Positions 1 through 9,444 of a DNA stretch of 64,000 nucleotides are shown in pieces. Each line of letters begins with the position of its first letter. Position 1 is the first letter of the stretch. The DNA is from Spirochaetia bacterium (lineage in GTDB: Bacteria; Spirochaetota; Spirochaetia; WTKD01; G963693115), in the NCBI GenBank assembly GCA_965226055.1, contig CBDDCA010000002.1:1-64000 (forward strand), in the 5' to 3' direction. The position numbers and the translations under genes were made by a program. The notes beneath the pieces are model-generated. The model worked only from the letters and a program-made list of their open reading frames with translations, did not search any database and was not told where the DNA came from.

Positions 1-147
1 TTAAGAAAACTTGCTGGAGAACCACTTGATATAAAGATAAATAATAAACTTATTGCAAAAGGAGAAGTGGTTGTTATTGATGAGAATTTTGGAGTAAGGA
101 TTATTGAAATAATATCACCGAAAGACAGGATGAAAGAAATGAATTAA
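1..147 (+). CDS. fliN: Flagellar motor switch protein FliN/FliY, C-terminal part (truncated by window edge)
   Basis: Frame 1 reads [38 protein letters not shown]...*, the SpoA-domain signature; lies directly upstream of fliO-fliP. Confidence 0.93.
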   Translation, partial: LRKLAGEPLDIKINNKLIAKGEVVVIDENFGVRIIEIISPKDRMKEMN

Positions 148-169
148 TAATTGTGAAAGGGAGGGGACG

Positions 170-847
170 ATTTCTTTTAATACATTTACTACATTTTTAT
201 TTTTTCTCAGCTTTTTTACCTCTGTATTGCTTTCTCAAGAAGTAATAGAAGAAAGTATAGAGAGCGAAAATAATCAAGAGCTAAATTCTTCACAAGTAAT
301 AGAAACAGAAACTCAGTTGACATTTGGAACTCCTGAAGAAACTGAAGAAATATCAGTCTCTTCAATAGGATTTTTAGATATGCTTCGTATTTTTTTTATT
401 CTCGCTATTATTATTGCGATAGCGTATTGTATTATTTGGGTATTAAAAAGAATTCAAAATAAATCGTTAGTCAATTCGGAAAGTATTGAAGTTCTTTCAA
501 CACAATCTTTACAGCAAGGAAATATGTTGTATATTGTAAAAACTGGAACATCGTATTTTTTATTAGGAGCTACATCACAATCTATTTCAACTATTAAAGA
601 ATTTTCAAAAAAAGAAGAAAAGGATGAGTTATTATTATCTTTATCAGTCAATGAGGCTCAGTCATCAACAGAAACAAAAACTTTTTTTTCAATACTAAAA
701 GGAGCTTTTACACGTATCATAAAAAATGATAAAAGTCAGAAAAAAATAAAAAAGGATACATATTCTGATGCTAATGGTTCTGTTGCAAACGCACTTGATT
801 CTCTTCAAAAAAATGCTAAGAGAGGAGAAACATTAAATGGCAAATAA
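170..847 (+). CDS. fliO: Flagellar biosynthesis protein FliO (called FliZ in spirochaetes)
   Basis: TM helix followed by 'IEVLSTQSLQQGNMLYIVKTGTSYFLLG'; sits between fliN and fliP. Track start is TTG 227, but an in-frame ATT at 170 follows a strong SD (AAAGGGAGGGG) and adds a signal-peptide-like segment. Confidence 0.85.
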   Translation: MSFNTFTTFLFFLSFFTSVLLSQEVIEESIESENNQELNSSQVIETETQLTFGTPEETEEISVSSIGFLDMLRIFFILAIIIAIAYCIIWVLKRIQNKSLVNSESIEVLSTQSLQQGNMLYIVKTGTSYFLLGATSQSISTIKEFSKKEEKDELLLSLSVNEAQSSTETKTFFSILKGAFTRIIKNDKSQKKIKKDTYSDANGSVANALDSLQKNAKRGETLNGK

Positions 848-1646
848 AAGATATTTCTTTCTCTTGTTGTTTTTTATTTTTGTGATACCTTCTCTTTTTT
901 CACAGGATGCAGTAGAATTATCAGAACAAACATTACAGGAATCGCAGCTAGAAGGACTTACTATCCCTTTTATAAACTTAAATGTTCGTGGCGCTCAAGA
1001 TGGTGGAGAAGTAGCTCTCTCAGTGCAGCTTATCTTGTTGCTTGCGGTACTGTCTTTATCTCCTGCTATTTTGATTCTTATGACCTCTTTTCTGCGTATA
1101 GTTATTGTGCTTTCTTTTATTCAACAAGCGTTAGGAACACAGCAGATTCCTCCTCGTCAGATACTTATTGGTTTAGCTATTTTTCTTACACTTTTTATTA
1201 TGTGGCCTGTAATGCAAGAAATAAATGAAAAAGCAATACAACCTTTATCGGAAGGCTCTCTCAGTTTTTCAGAAGCATATCCAGAATTTATATCTCCACT
1301 ACGAGTATTTATGTATAGACAAATGCAAAATGATCCCAACAATATACGATTGTTTATGAGGATGTCAGGATTAGATGCTCCACAGACTTTAGCTGATGTT
1401 CCCAGTTATGTGTTAGTTCCTGCTTTTGTATTGCATGAATTAGTTATTGCATTTAAGATGAGTATCCTGTTGTTTATTCCTTTTGTCATTATTGACATTG
1501 TAGTGGCATCTGTGACAATGTCTATGGGGATGATATTGTTGCCCCCTATTCTTGTCTCTCTTCCGATTAAGTTGGCATTATTTGTGCTGGTAAATGGGTG
1601 GGAGCTAATTATGCAACAACTAATTTTTAGTTTTGGAGGACGCTGA
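837..1646 (+). CDS. fliP: Flagellar export apparatus protein FliP
   Basis: LMTSFLRIVIVLSFIQQALGTQQIPP, FLTLFIMWP and SMGMILLPP motifs. Confidence 0.97.
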   Translation: MANKRYFFLLLFFIFVIPSLFSQDAVELSEQTLQESQLEGLTIPFINLNVRGAQDGGEVALSVQLILLLAVLSLSPAILILMTSFLRIVIVLSFIQQALGTQQIPPRQILIGLAIFLTLFIMWPVMQEINEKAIQPLSEGSLSFSEAYPEFISPLRVFMYRQMQNDPNNIRLFMRMSGLDAPQTLADVPSYVLVPAFVLHELVIAFKMSILLFIPFVIIDIVVASVTMSMGMILLPPILVSLPIKLALFVLVNGWELIMQQLIFSFGGR

Positions 1647-1909
1647 TGGATTTAGGACAATTCTTATCTATTTTACAATCAAGTTTGATAGAAATTCTTA
1701 TTCTCTCTGGTCCAGTGTTGCTGGTATCGGTAGTATTAGGGTTAATTATTTCTATATTGCAAGCTATAACATCTATTCAAGAACAAACATTGACATTTGT
1801 GCCAAAGATATTGGGTATCTTAATACTGTTATTATTTCTTGGCCCATTTTTTGCTAATCGTATGTTAAACTTTACTTCAGAATTATGGGGACAATTAATA
1901 CGAGTATAA
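1646..1909 (+). CDS. fliQ: Flagellar export protein FliQ
   Basis: GLIISILQAITSIQEQTLTFVPK motif. Confidence 0.97.
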   Translation: MDLGQFLSILQSSLIEILILSGPVLLVSVVLGLIISILQAITSIQEQTLTFVPKILGILILLLFLGPFFANRMLNFTSELWGQLIRV

Positions 1910-1937
1910 GCATGAGAATAAAAGGTGTATAGGTAGT

Positions 1938-2717
1938 ATGTTAAATATTGTAAGTGATCAAATAACTCTTATTATTCTCTTTAGCATTAGAGTACTAGTA
2001 ATACTCTCTTTTATTCCAGTACTCTCTGGAGAACAATCTCCTGTTTTTGTTCGTGTAGTATTGGCATTTCTTACGGTATTTTCATTGCAGCAATTTATTC
2101 CTGCTGATCTTATGCAAGTGCCTCAAACGGTATATGCGTTTCTTTTTATGATTTTTGGAGAAGCTCTTATTGGTGCACTTATTGGCTTTTTTGTACGTCT
2201 TGTATTTCTTATGTTAAGCATACTGTCAGAGTTTTTTACAACACAGATGGGACTTCGTGCAGCACAGATTGTAAACCCAATTACTCAAACAGAAACAGTT
2301 ATCATTCAGCAGTTTATATCATTTTTGGTACTCATTGTATTTTTGTCATCTTTTACTTTACAGAAAATATTTTTTTATGGAATTCTTCAAAGTTTTTATA
2401 CATTAAGTGCAGAAAAGATTTTTGCTATGGGACAAGAATCATTTCTTTTTATTTTTGCTGCCTTTTTTACTGTGTTTCAACGTTCTTTTTTAATTGCTTT
2501 TCCTATTTTTGCTGCATTATTCTTAGTAAATATTGGGCTTGGCCTTGTTGGGAAAGTAGCCCCACAGATGAATGTACTTATTCTTGGAATACCTGTTCAA
2601 ATTGCAGTTGGTTTTATAATGTTAATTATTTTTATTCCCAATATAGTACATGGTATAGAAATAGTATTTGATTGGACTTTTGAACATTTACGACTTTTGG
2701 TAGGAGTAAGAAGGTAG
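1938..2717 (+). CDS. fliR: Flagellar export protein FliR
   Basis: Hydrophobic 259 aa with GEALIG, QMG and KVAPQMNV motifs; operon position. Confidence 0.95.
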   Translation: MLNIVSDQITLIILFSIRVLVILSFIPVLSGEQSPVFVRVVLAFLTVFSLQQFIPADLMQVPQTVYAFLFMIFGEALIGALIGFFVRLVFLMLSILSEFFTTQMGLRAAQIVNPITQTETVIIQQFISFLVLIVFLSSFTLQKIFFYGILQSFYTLSAEKIFAMGQESFLFIFAAFFTVFQRSFLIAFPIFAALFLVNIGLGLVGKVAPQMNVLILGIPVQIAVGFIMLIIFIPNIVHGIEIVFDWTFEHLRLLVGVRR

Positions 2718-3868
2718 TGAAAAAAGTAGACATATACACTGATAATCATTCTTTTCTTGGCTCGTATGTTGATACATTGCATATACATTTACAATGGTTT
2801 GCAGCAGAAGATGAAGGAAGAAGTTTTGATCCTACTCAACAAAAAATTCGTGAAGCAAGAAAAGAAGGAAGAGTTGCTAAATCAAATGAAATTCCTTCTG
2901 CCTTAGTCTTATTAGCTGGGCTGGGTATTTTGTGGGGATTTAGTTCGTATTATGCTACTACCTTGCAAGATATTTTTCGTTTTTACGTACAAAAAACAGG
3001 TAATGCTTCTTCTGTTGTTGTAACTACAGAAATTGCACAGTCGATACAGTATGTATTTCGTCTTTTGTTACCGATAGCTTTTGCTGTATTTTGTATAGCA
3101 ATTTTTGGTAACATTATTCAGTTTGGTGTGCTGTTTAGTATCAAAGCTATAAATCCAAAATGGTCAAAGATAAGTTTTAATCTTTCAAAGTGGATAGAAA
3201 AATCTATTTCTAAGCAAGGATGGTATGTTTTAGGAACTTCTTTATTTAAGATTGCTTTAATTTCTTTTATTGTGTTTCTTAATGTTAGGATGCATTTTAG
3301 TAATTTTATTGGCTTTAGCTCAAATTCTTTTCAGAATAATGTAATATATATTTCGCAGCTCATTGGGCAGATTATTATTCAAAGTGGTATTGCTCTGCTT
3401 ATATTAGGAATTTTAGATTTTCGTTTTCAGTCTTATATGTTTAAGGATCAGCTAAAAATGACAAAAGAAGAATTGAAGAAAGAATTTAAAGAAACAGAAG
3501 GAGATCCAGAGATAAAAAAAAGAATAAAGAGTCGTATGCAAGAATATTTAAGTAGAAATATGCCAGAGCAACTGAGTCAATCAGATGTAGTAATTACTAA
3601 CCCTACTCATTTTGCTGTAGCGTTGAAATATGATATGCACACTATGGAAGCTCCACAAGTAATGGCAAAAGGGGTAGACAGTATAGCAAGAAGAATACGG
3701 ATGCTTGCTGCAGAGTATGATGTCCCTATTATTGAAAATAAGCCTCTTGCACGAGCATTGTATGCTGACCTCGAAGTAGGTGATGTTATTCCTGAAAAGT
3801 ATTTTCGTGCTGTAGTATTGGTTTTTAGAGAGGTATATACATTGAAGGGAGTACAAATTAATGAATAG
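2717..3868 (+). CDS. flhB: Flagellar export switch protein FlhB
   Basis: NPTH autocleavage motif, KETEGDPEIK; spirochaete-type LQWFAAEDEGR N-terminus. Confidence 0.97.
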   Translation: MKKVDIYTDNHSFLGSYVDTLHIHLQWFAAEDEGRSFDPTQQKIREARKEGRVAKSNEIPSALVLLAGLGILWGFSSYYATTLQDIFRFYVQKTGNASSVVVTTEIAQSIQYVFRLLLPIAFAVFCIAIFGNIIQFGVLFSIKAINPKWSKISFNLSKWIEKSISKQGWYVLGTSLFKIALISFIVFLNVRMHFSNFIGFSSNSFQNNVIYISQLIGQIIIQSGIALLILGILDFRFQSYMFKDQLKMTKEELKKEFKETEGDPEIKKRIKSRMQEYLSRNMPEQLSQSDVVITNPTHFAVALKYDMHTMEAPQVMAKGVDSIARRIRMLAAEYDVPIIENKPLARALYADLEVGDVIPEKYFRAVVLVFREVYTLKGVQINE

Positions 3869-5978
3869 AATATTACAATGGATACAGAGTAATTTCTTTA
3901 AGAAAATAGGAGATTATGGTTTTGTAGTAGGAATTCTTATTGTCATGATGATGATTATTCCTTTGCCTACTGTTCTGCTTGATTTTTTCATGATATTAAA
4001 TTTATTGCTAAGTATTATCATTATTCTTAATATACTCAATATTACCTCACCTTTAGCTATTTCATCGTTTCCTACATTGTTGCTTTTTTCTACTGTATTT
4101 TCTTTAGCATTGAATGTGTCATCTACGCGTCTTATTTTGTCGCAAGGAGAATCGTTTGATGGAAAAATTGTACGGGCTTTTGGTACCTTTGTTGTCGGAA
4201 CAAGTAGTATCGAAGGCTTAGTCATAGGTCCAATTATCTTTATTATTATTATGATTGTACAGTTCATTGTTATTACGCGGGGAGCCTCTCGGGTTGCCGA
4301 AGTTTCTGCACGCTTTACTCTTGATTCTATGCCAGGCAAGCAAATGGCGATAGAGGCAGAGTTTAATTCTGGTGCTATAAGTGAAGAGGAGCTTATTCAA
4401 AAAAGAAAGGATTTACAAAGAGAAAGTGATTTTTATGGATCAATGGACGGAGCGTCTAAGTTTATTTCTGGAAATATTATAGCGGGGTTTATCATTACCT
4501 TTATAAATATAGCTGGTGGATTAATTGTTGGAGTCTTAGTACGCGGTGAACAAATTGGTACTGCAGCAGTAAACTATATACAATTAACTATTGGGGACGG
4601 TTTAGTTTCTCAATTACCAGCATTACTTATATCAACAGCATCAGGGGTTATTGTTACAAAGGTAGCTTCTTCGGGTAGTATTAGTGAAGAAGTATACAAA
4701 GATCTTACCAGTGATACAAAGCTATATTATGTAGCAGGTGCATTACTTGCTTTTCTTGCATTTTTGCCAGGATTTCCTTGGTATATATTGCTCCCTCTTG
4801 CTGCAGTTCTTATTTTTGCTGCGTATCTTTCAGGAAGAAACAAAAGAAATGTAAGAGAGAAACAATCTGAGCAAGCTAGCGAAGAAGTAGCAAGTACAGG
4901 GCAAGTAGAACAACCAAAGTTAGAACCACTTGATCCTATTGCTTTAGAAATTGGATATGATATTGTCCCACTTGTTCAGGATGATACTGGTACCGCAGAA
5001 CTTTTGAATAGAATTACAAGTATTCGAAGAGAAGTAGGAGTAAAACTTGGGTTTGTCATACCGCTTATTCGTATTGTTGATAATTATCTCTTAAAACCAA
5101 ATGAATATTCTATAAAGTTTAGTGGTATTGAATACGCTCGTGCTACTATTTTTGTAAATAAACTGTTGGCTATTCAAACAGAGAAAGTATCGCAAGATAC
5201 AGAAGATACTCTTATGGGAGAGTTAGGAAAAGATCCTGCTTTCGGGTTGCCTGCATATTGGATAGTGGCGGAAGATAAAGCAGAAGCAGAACGTTTAGGG
5301 TATATGATAGCTGATCCAAACTCGGTTATTTCAACACATATTGCTACTGTTATTGAGACGAATGCCTCAGATCTTTTGAGTAGGCAAGATGTATCAAATA
5401 TGCTTGATGATTTTAAGGAGAGATACCCTGCTATTGTAAACGATGTAACACAGCATTTATCTATTGGTCAGTTACATCGTGTGTTACAAAGGCTGTTAGA
5501 AGAAAAAATTTCAATTCGAAATTTGCGTTCAATCTTGGAAACTCTCAGTGATTATGGTGCCTTAACGAAAGATATTTCTTTTCTTGTTGAAAAAGCACGT
5601 CAAGCATTAGCACGTCAAATAACAGCTCAGTATAGTGATAACAATAGTGTTTTATATGTATATTCACTTGATCCAGATATTGAAAGAATATTGTCTGATA
5701 CAGAAGAAGGTGGAGGAGCTTTAATGATAGAACCTCAATTACGAACTAAAATAATACAAGCTATTTCAAATGCTTTTTCTTCAGGAGCTCACTATAATGG
5801 AAGCACCCCTGTACTAGTAACAAGTGAGTTAGTAAGACCAGTTATATATAAGCTGTTAGCTATGACAGTGAATAGTAAACAATATGTGGTGCCTGTGTTA
5901 TCTGTACTAGAAATTACAAGTAGCTCTCAGGTACAAACATTAGGAGCAATATCATTACAAGAAAAAGAGCTTGTATAA
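3861..5978 (+). CDS. flhA: Flagellar export gate protein FlhA
   Basis: RVAEVSARFTLDSMPGKQMAIEAE, FYGSMDGASKF and TIGDGLVSQLPALL motifs. Confidence 0.98.
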   Translation: MNRILQWIQSNFFKKIGDYGFVVGILIVMMMIIPLPTVLLDFFMILNLLLSIIIILNILNITSPLAISSFPTLLLFSTVFSLALNVSSTRLILSQGESFDGKIVRAFGTFVVGTSSIEGLVIGPIIFIIIMIVQFIVITRGASRVAEVSARFTLDSMPGKQMAIEAEFNSGAISEEELIQKRKDLQRESDFYGSMDGASKFISGNIIAGFIITFINIAGGLIVGVLVRGEQIGTAAVNYIQLTIGDGLVSQLPALLISTASGVIVTKVASSGSISEEVYKDLTSDTKLYYVAGALLAFLAFLPGFPWYILLPLAAVLIFAAYLSGRNKRNVREKQSEQASEEVASTGQVEQPKLEPLDPIALEIGYDIVPLVQDDTGTAELLNRITSIRREVGVKLGFVIPLIRIVDNYLLKPNEYSIKFSGIEYARATIFVNKLLAIQTEKVSQDTEDTLMGELGKDPAFGLPAYWIVAEDKAEAERLGYMIADPNSVISTHIATVIETNASDLLSRQDVSNMLDDFKERYPAIVNDVTQHLSIGQLHRVLQRLLEEKISIRNLRSILETLSDYGALTKDISFLVEKARQALARQITAQYSDNNSVLYVYSLDPDIERILSDTEEGGGALMIEPQLRTKIIQAISNAFSSGAHYNGSTPVLVTSELVRPVIYKLLAMTVNSKQYVVPVLSVLEITSSSQVQTLGAISLQEKELV

Positions 5979-6020
5979 ATTTTGAATACTTTAATGAGTA
6001 GAAAAAAATAAGGAGGATAT

Positions 6021-7199
6021 ATGTCACGTATAATAGATAGTGAAGATGATTTTATTTTTGAGGAAACTTTTTCTCAATCATCTAATATTAAAACAAAAAT
6101 TAAGGAGATGTATGGAGAAAAGGCAAAGATACTGAGAGTAGAGAAAAAAAATAGAGGGCTTTTACGATTTTTATTGCCTCCCTCTGTAAAGGTTACTGGT
6201 AGTATTAGCAAAAAGGAAGATAGAGCACGAGTTGAAACAAACCTTTTGTTAGGGAAAGTAAAGCAGATGCAAGATAGAGAAGCATCTCCTAGTACTCTTT
6301 CTAAAGAAGATACAGCTTTCTCTTTTGATATAAAAGATTTGAAAGGATTGCATAATAGTCTGCAGTTTTTAGAAAAAAAAGGATTTTTAACTTCTGTCTT
6401 AGAACATTTTCAAGAGAAAATGATGTCTACATTTGCTATTCCTCAGCTTCAAGATTCTGATTTTATGCACGATCAATTAAAGTATTATTTACATAAAAAT
6501 ATCCCTCTATTAGAAGAAGCTAATTTTAATGTAGATAGCACAAGAGTTGTGGCTTGTATAGGCCCTACAGGAATGGGTAAATCATTTTCACTTATGAAGC
6601 TTGCGGTACAGTTATTTAAGTCTATTCAAAAAGGTGTATATGGTTCTATTGATATTATTACACTTGATTTTTTTAAGGTAGGAGCTTCCGAACAAATTGA
6701 AAATTTTGTCAATATGATACATAGAAAATTTCCTGAACTCAAAGATACTATTAATTTTCTTAAGATGAATGAATCTTCTGTATTTCATTCTCATCTGCGT
6801 AAAAAAAGGAGATCGAATGTTCTGTTAATAGATACTGGAGGGAAATCAATACGCAATAGTAATGATGTTATGTTCTATAAAGATTTTCTTGATTATGATT
6901 CTGTTGTCAATAAACATAACTTAAAAAAAGCCTTAAAGGATAATTTAGAGCTTTATTTAGTATTGTCTGCAAATATATCTGCCATTGATTTACGTAATAT
7001 TATTGATGTATATTCTGTGTATCCTATTAAAGGAATTATTGCTACAAAATTTGATGAAACCTCTACTTTAGGCTCTTTTTTAAGTGTTTGTATTGAAAAA
7101 AATATTCCTCTAGCGTATATAAGTTATGGTCATGAATTTTCAAACTATTTTGATGTTGCAAGTATTGAGAAATGTTTTCAATATTTGGGCATAGAGTAG
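6021..7199 (+). CDS. flhF: SRP-family GTPase FlhF
   Basis: GPTGMGKS, DTGG and TKFDET GTPase motifs; between flhA and flhG. Confidence 0.9.
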   Translation: MSRIIDSEDDFIFEETFSQSSNIKTKIKEMYGEKAKILRVEKKNRGLLRFLLPPSVKVTGSISKKEDRARVETNLLLGKVKQMQDREASPSTLSKEDTAFSFDIKDLKGLHNSLQFLEKKGFLTSVLEHFQEKMMSTFAIPQLQDSDFMHDQLKYYLHKNIPLLEEANFNVDSTRVVACIGPTGMGKSFSLMKLAVQLFKSIQKGVYGSIDIITLDFFKVGASEQIENFVNMIHRKFPELKDTINFLKMNESSVFHSHLRKKRRSNVLLIDTGGKSIRNSNDVMFYKDFLDYDSVVNKHNLKKALKDNLELYLVLSANISAIDLRNIIDVYSVYPIKGIIATKFDETSTLGSFLSVCIEKNIPLAYISYGHEFSNYFDVASIEKCFQYLGIE

Positions 7200-7242
7200 T
7201 ATTTTGTACTATTGTTAAATGTTATAGAAAGGAACAAACTAT

Positions 7243-8097
7243 ATGGAACAACAGCTTGAAAAATTAAGAGAAGAATTTGATAAAAGTATCATGAACAATA
7301 CTCGTATTATCACTATTGCAAGTGGGAAAGGAGGGGTTGGAAAATCTAATATTGCTACTAATCTTGCTGTTGAAGGGGCAAGTAGTGGAAAAGATGTTAT
7401 TCTATTTGATGCTGATCTCGGGCTTTCCAATGTAAATATATTATTAAAGGTGCTGCCTCAGTATAACCTTATAGATGTGACACGAAAACATAGAAAAATG
7501 AAAGATGTGTTAGCAGATTCTGGATACGGATTTAAGTTTCTCAGCGGGACTATGGGGTTTTCTGGATTAGCAAATATTACTGACGCAATGTTAGATTATT
7601 TTGTAAAAGAAATGATGACATTATCGTTTGCTCATATTATTATTGTGGATACAAGTGCTGGTATTGGGAGAAATGTTACTACTTTTCTTGAAGTATCTGA
7701 TGATATGTTGATAGTAACTACCCCAGAACCTACTGCTATGGCAGATGCATATGGTATGATGAAAGTGTTGGCTGTTGATATTAATATTAAGAATATAAAC
7801 ATTCATCTGTTGGTAAATAAAGTAAAAGGACATCAGGAAGGAAAAGAAGTTGCTGACAAAATTATACAGGCAAGTGAGAACATTTTAGGATTAAAAGTAA
7901 AATATTTAGGATCTATATTGGATGATTCTGCTGTAAATAAAGCGGTTATGCATCAGGTACCATTTGTAGTGTTTAATCCTAAATCAAAAGCAGCCATGAA
8001 CTTAAAAGCTGTTGCTCATAGACTGATACGTCAAGAGATAAAGAATAAAAAAGGATTATGGGGTTTACTAGAAAGATTTATTGGAGGTTCATCGTAA
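7243..8097 (+). CDS. flhG: MinD-like ATPase FlhG (FleN)
   Basis: ASGKGGVGKS deviant Walker A, DADLGLSN, TTPEPTAMADAY. Confidence 0.93.
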   Translation: MEQQLEKLREEFDKSIMNNTRIITIASGKGGVGKSNIATNLAVEGASSGKDVILFDADLGLSNVNILLKVLPQYNLIDVTRKHRKMKDVLADSGYGFKFLSGTMGFSGLANITDAMLDYFVKEMMTLSFAHIIIVDTSAGIGRNVTTFLEVSDDMLIVTTPEPTAMADAYGMMKVLAVDINIKNINIHLLVNKVKGHQEGKEVADKIIQASENILGLKVKYLGSILDDSAVNKAVMHQVPFVVFNPKSKAAMNLKAVAHRLIRQEIKNKKGLWGLLERFIGGSS

Positions 8098-8104
8098 TAG
8101 TCAT

Positions 8105-8653
8105 ATGAAAGAATTGCGTATTCCACTTTTTTTTGCTGTTTTCTGTTTTCTCATTTCATTTTTACTTAGCTTATTTTCGGGGATAGGTTTTTTATCTCTA
8201 CTATTACGTGCTTCTCTGTTTTCGTTGCTTGGATTTATATTTTTATTGTTTGTAATAAAATTTTTACTGCTTTTAGTGCCTGAATTTGAAAATGTGCTTT
8301 TTGCTGTATCCAATGGTGATGAGGAGAGTGAGTTTACAGATGACGAAGAGATTGACGCTGTAAATGAAGACGATGATGAAGATGCTGCTATGTTAAAAAA
8401 AGACACAGAAGTAAATGATATGTCATATCATATTCAAGAAGAAAGAGATAGAGAGCAAGACAATGAAACTATGGAACATCAGCAACTTGATAGAATTATT
8501 TCTACCCAAAATGAAAAATTGGAGTATAATAGTAACAGTGATAATTTTGATGAAACTCGTGCTGACATAATGTTAGAAGGGATTAAAAAAGAAGCTATTG
8601 AAAATAAAGAAAAAATGGCAAAATCTGTAAGTCATTTTTTGAAAAAAGAATAG
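8105..8653 (+). CDS. Hypothetical membrane protein (two TM helices plus acidic tail) of the flagellar operon
   Basis: ORF between flhG and fliA; ATG at 8105 preferred over track start 8081, which overlaps flhG. Confidence 0.7.
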   Translation: MKELRIPLFFAVFCFLISFLLSLFSGIGFLSLLLRASLFSLLGFIFLLFVIKFLLLLVPEFENVLFAVSNGDEESEFTDDEEIDAVNEDDDEDAAMLKKDTEVNDMSYHIQEERDREQDNETMEHQQLDRIISTQNEKLEYNSNSDNFDETRADIMLEGIKKEAIENKEKMAKSVSHFLKKE

Positions 8654-8662
8654 GATAGAAAC

Positions 8663-9439
8663 GTGGACGATAAAGAAATAGAACTATGGAAACAATTTAA
8701 AGAAACTGGCGATATAGAAATTCGCAATATTCTCGTTGAACAATATGCTCCGCTTGTTAAATATGTTGCAGGTAAGATGTTTCAAAAAATGCCAAAAAAT
8801 GTTGAATTTGACGATTTATTAAGTGCTGGTACATTTGGCTTATTTGATGCTATTGAAAAATTTGATGTCACTATGAATGTGCTATTTAAGACCTATGCTA
8901 TAGCAAGAATACAAGGAGCTATTAGAGATGATCTGCGAACTCATGATCCTTTACCAAGAACTATTAGGCAAAAAATTCGTGAGCTTGATGAAGTAACCCA
9001 ATTACTTCAGGACAGATTAGAAAGACAGCCAACTGAAGATGAAATTTTAGAAGCTATGGGAATTCAGAAAGAGCAGTACGATAAGATTATGTCGTATGTT
9101 AGTCAAGCATATATTTTATCCTTAAATGATGTTCTTTTCACTAATAATGATGGTGAACAGATTACTTATTTTGATCAGGTAGGAACAAATATAGAAGATG
9201 CACCTGAATTTGCCTTTGCTGAAAAAGATATTATCCGTGTATTAAAATTAGCAATTCAAGAACTTCCAGAGCGAGAACTAAAAGTACTAGTGCTGTATTA
9301 TTTTGAAGAGTTAACGCTTAAAGAAATAGGAAAAGTATTAAATGTTACAGAGTCTCGTGTATCTCAATTACATGGGCGTGCTATCAATAAACTCAAAACG
9401 AAATTATATAGTTATAAAAAAGGAGTATTTGAAAAATAA
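8663..9439 (+). CDS. fliA: Sigma-28 factor FliA/WhiG
   Basis: YAPLVKYVA, DDLLSAGTFGLFDAIEKFD, LTLKEIGKVLNVTESRVSQLH. Confidence 0.95.
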   Translation: MDDKEIELWKQFKETGDIEIRNILVEQYAPLVKYVAGKMFQKMPKNVEFDDLLSAGTFGLFDAIEKFDVTMNVLFKTYAIARIQGAIRDDLRTHDPLPRTIRQKIRELDEVTQLLQDRLERQPTEDEILEAMGIQKEQYDKIMSYVSQAYILSLNDVLFTNNDGEQITYFDQVGTNIEDAPEFAFAEKDIIRVLKLAIQELPERELKVLVLYYFEELTLKEIGKVLNVTESRVSQLHGRAINKLKTKLYSYKKGVFEK

Positions 9440-9444
9440 AAGGT

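Noticed and set aside
3914-4339. Longer antisense ORFs in the track (e.g. 3914-4339, 15346-15732, 21623-22012, 40433-40858, 42880-43314)
   Set aside because: Shadows of well-supported genes on the opposite strand, with no motifs or initiation signals
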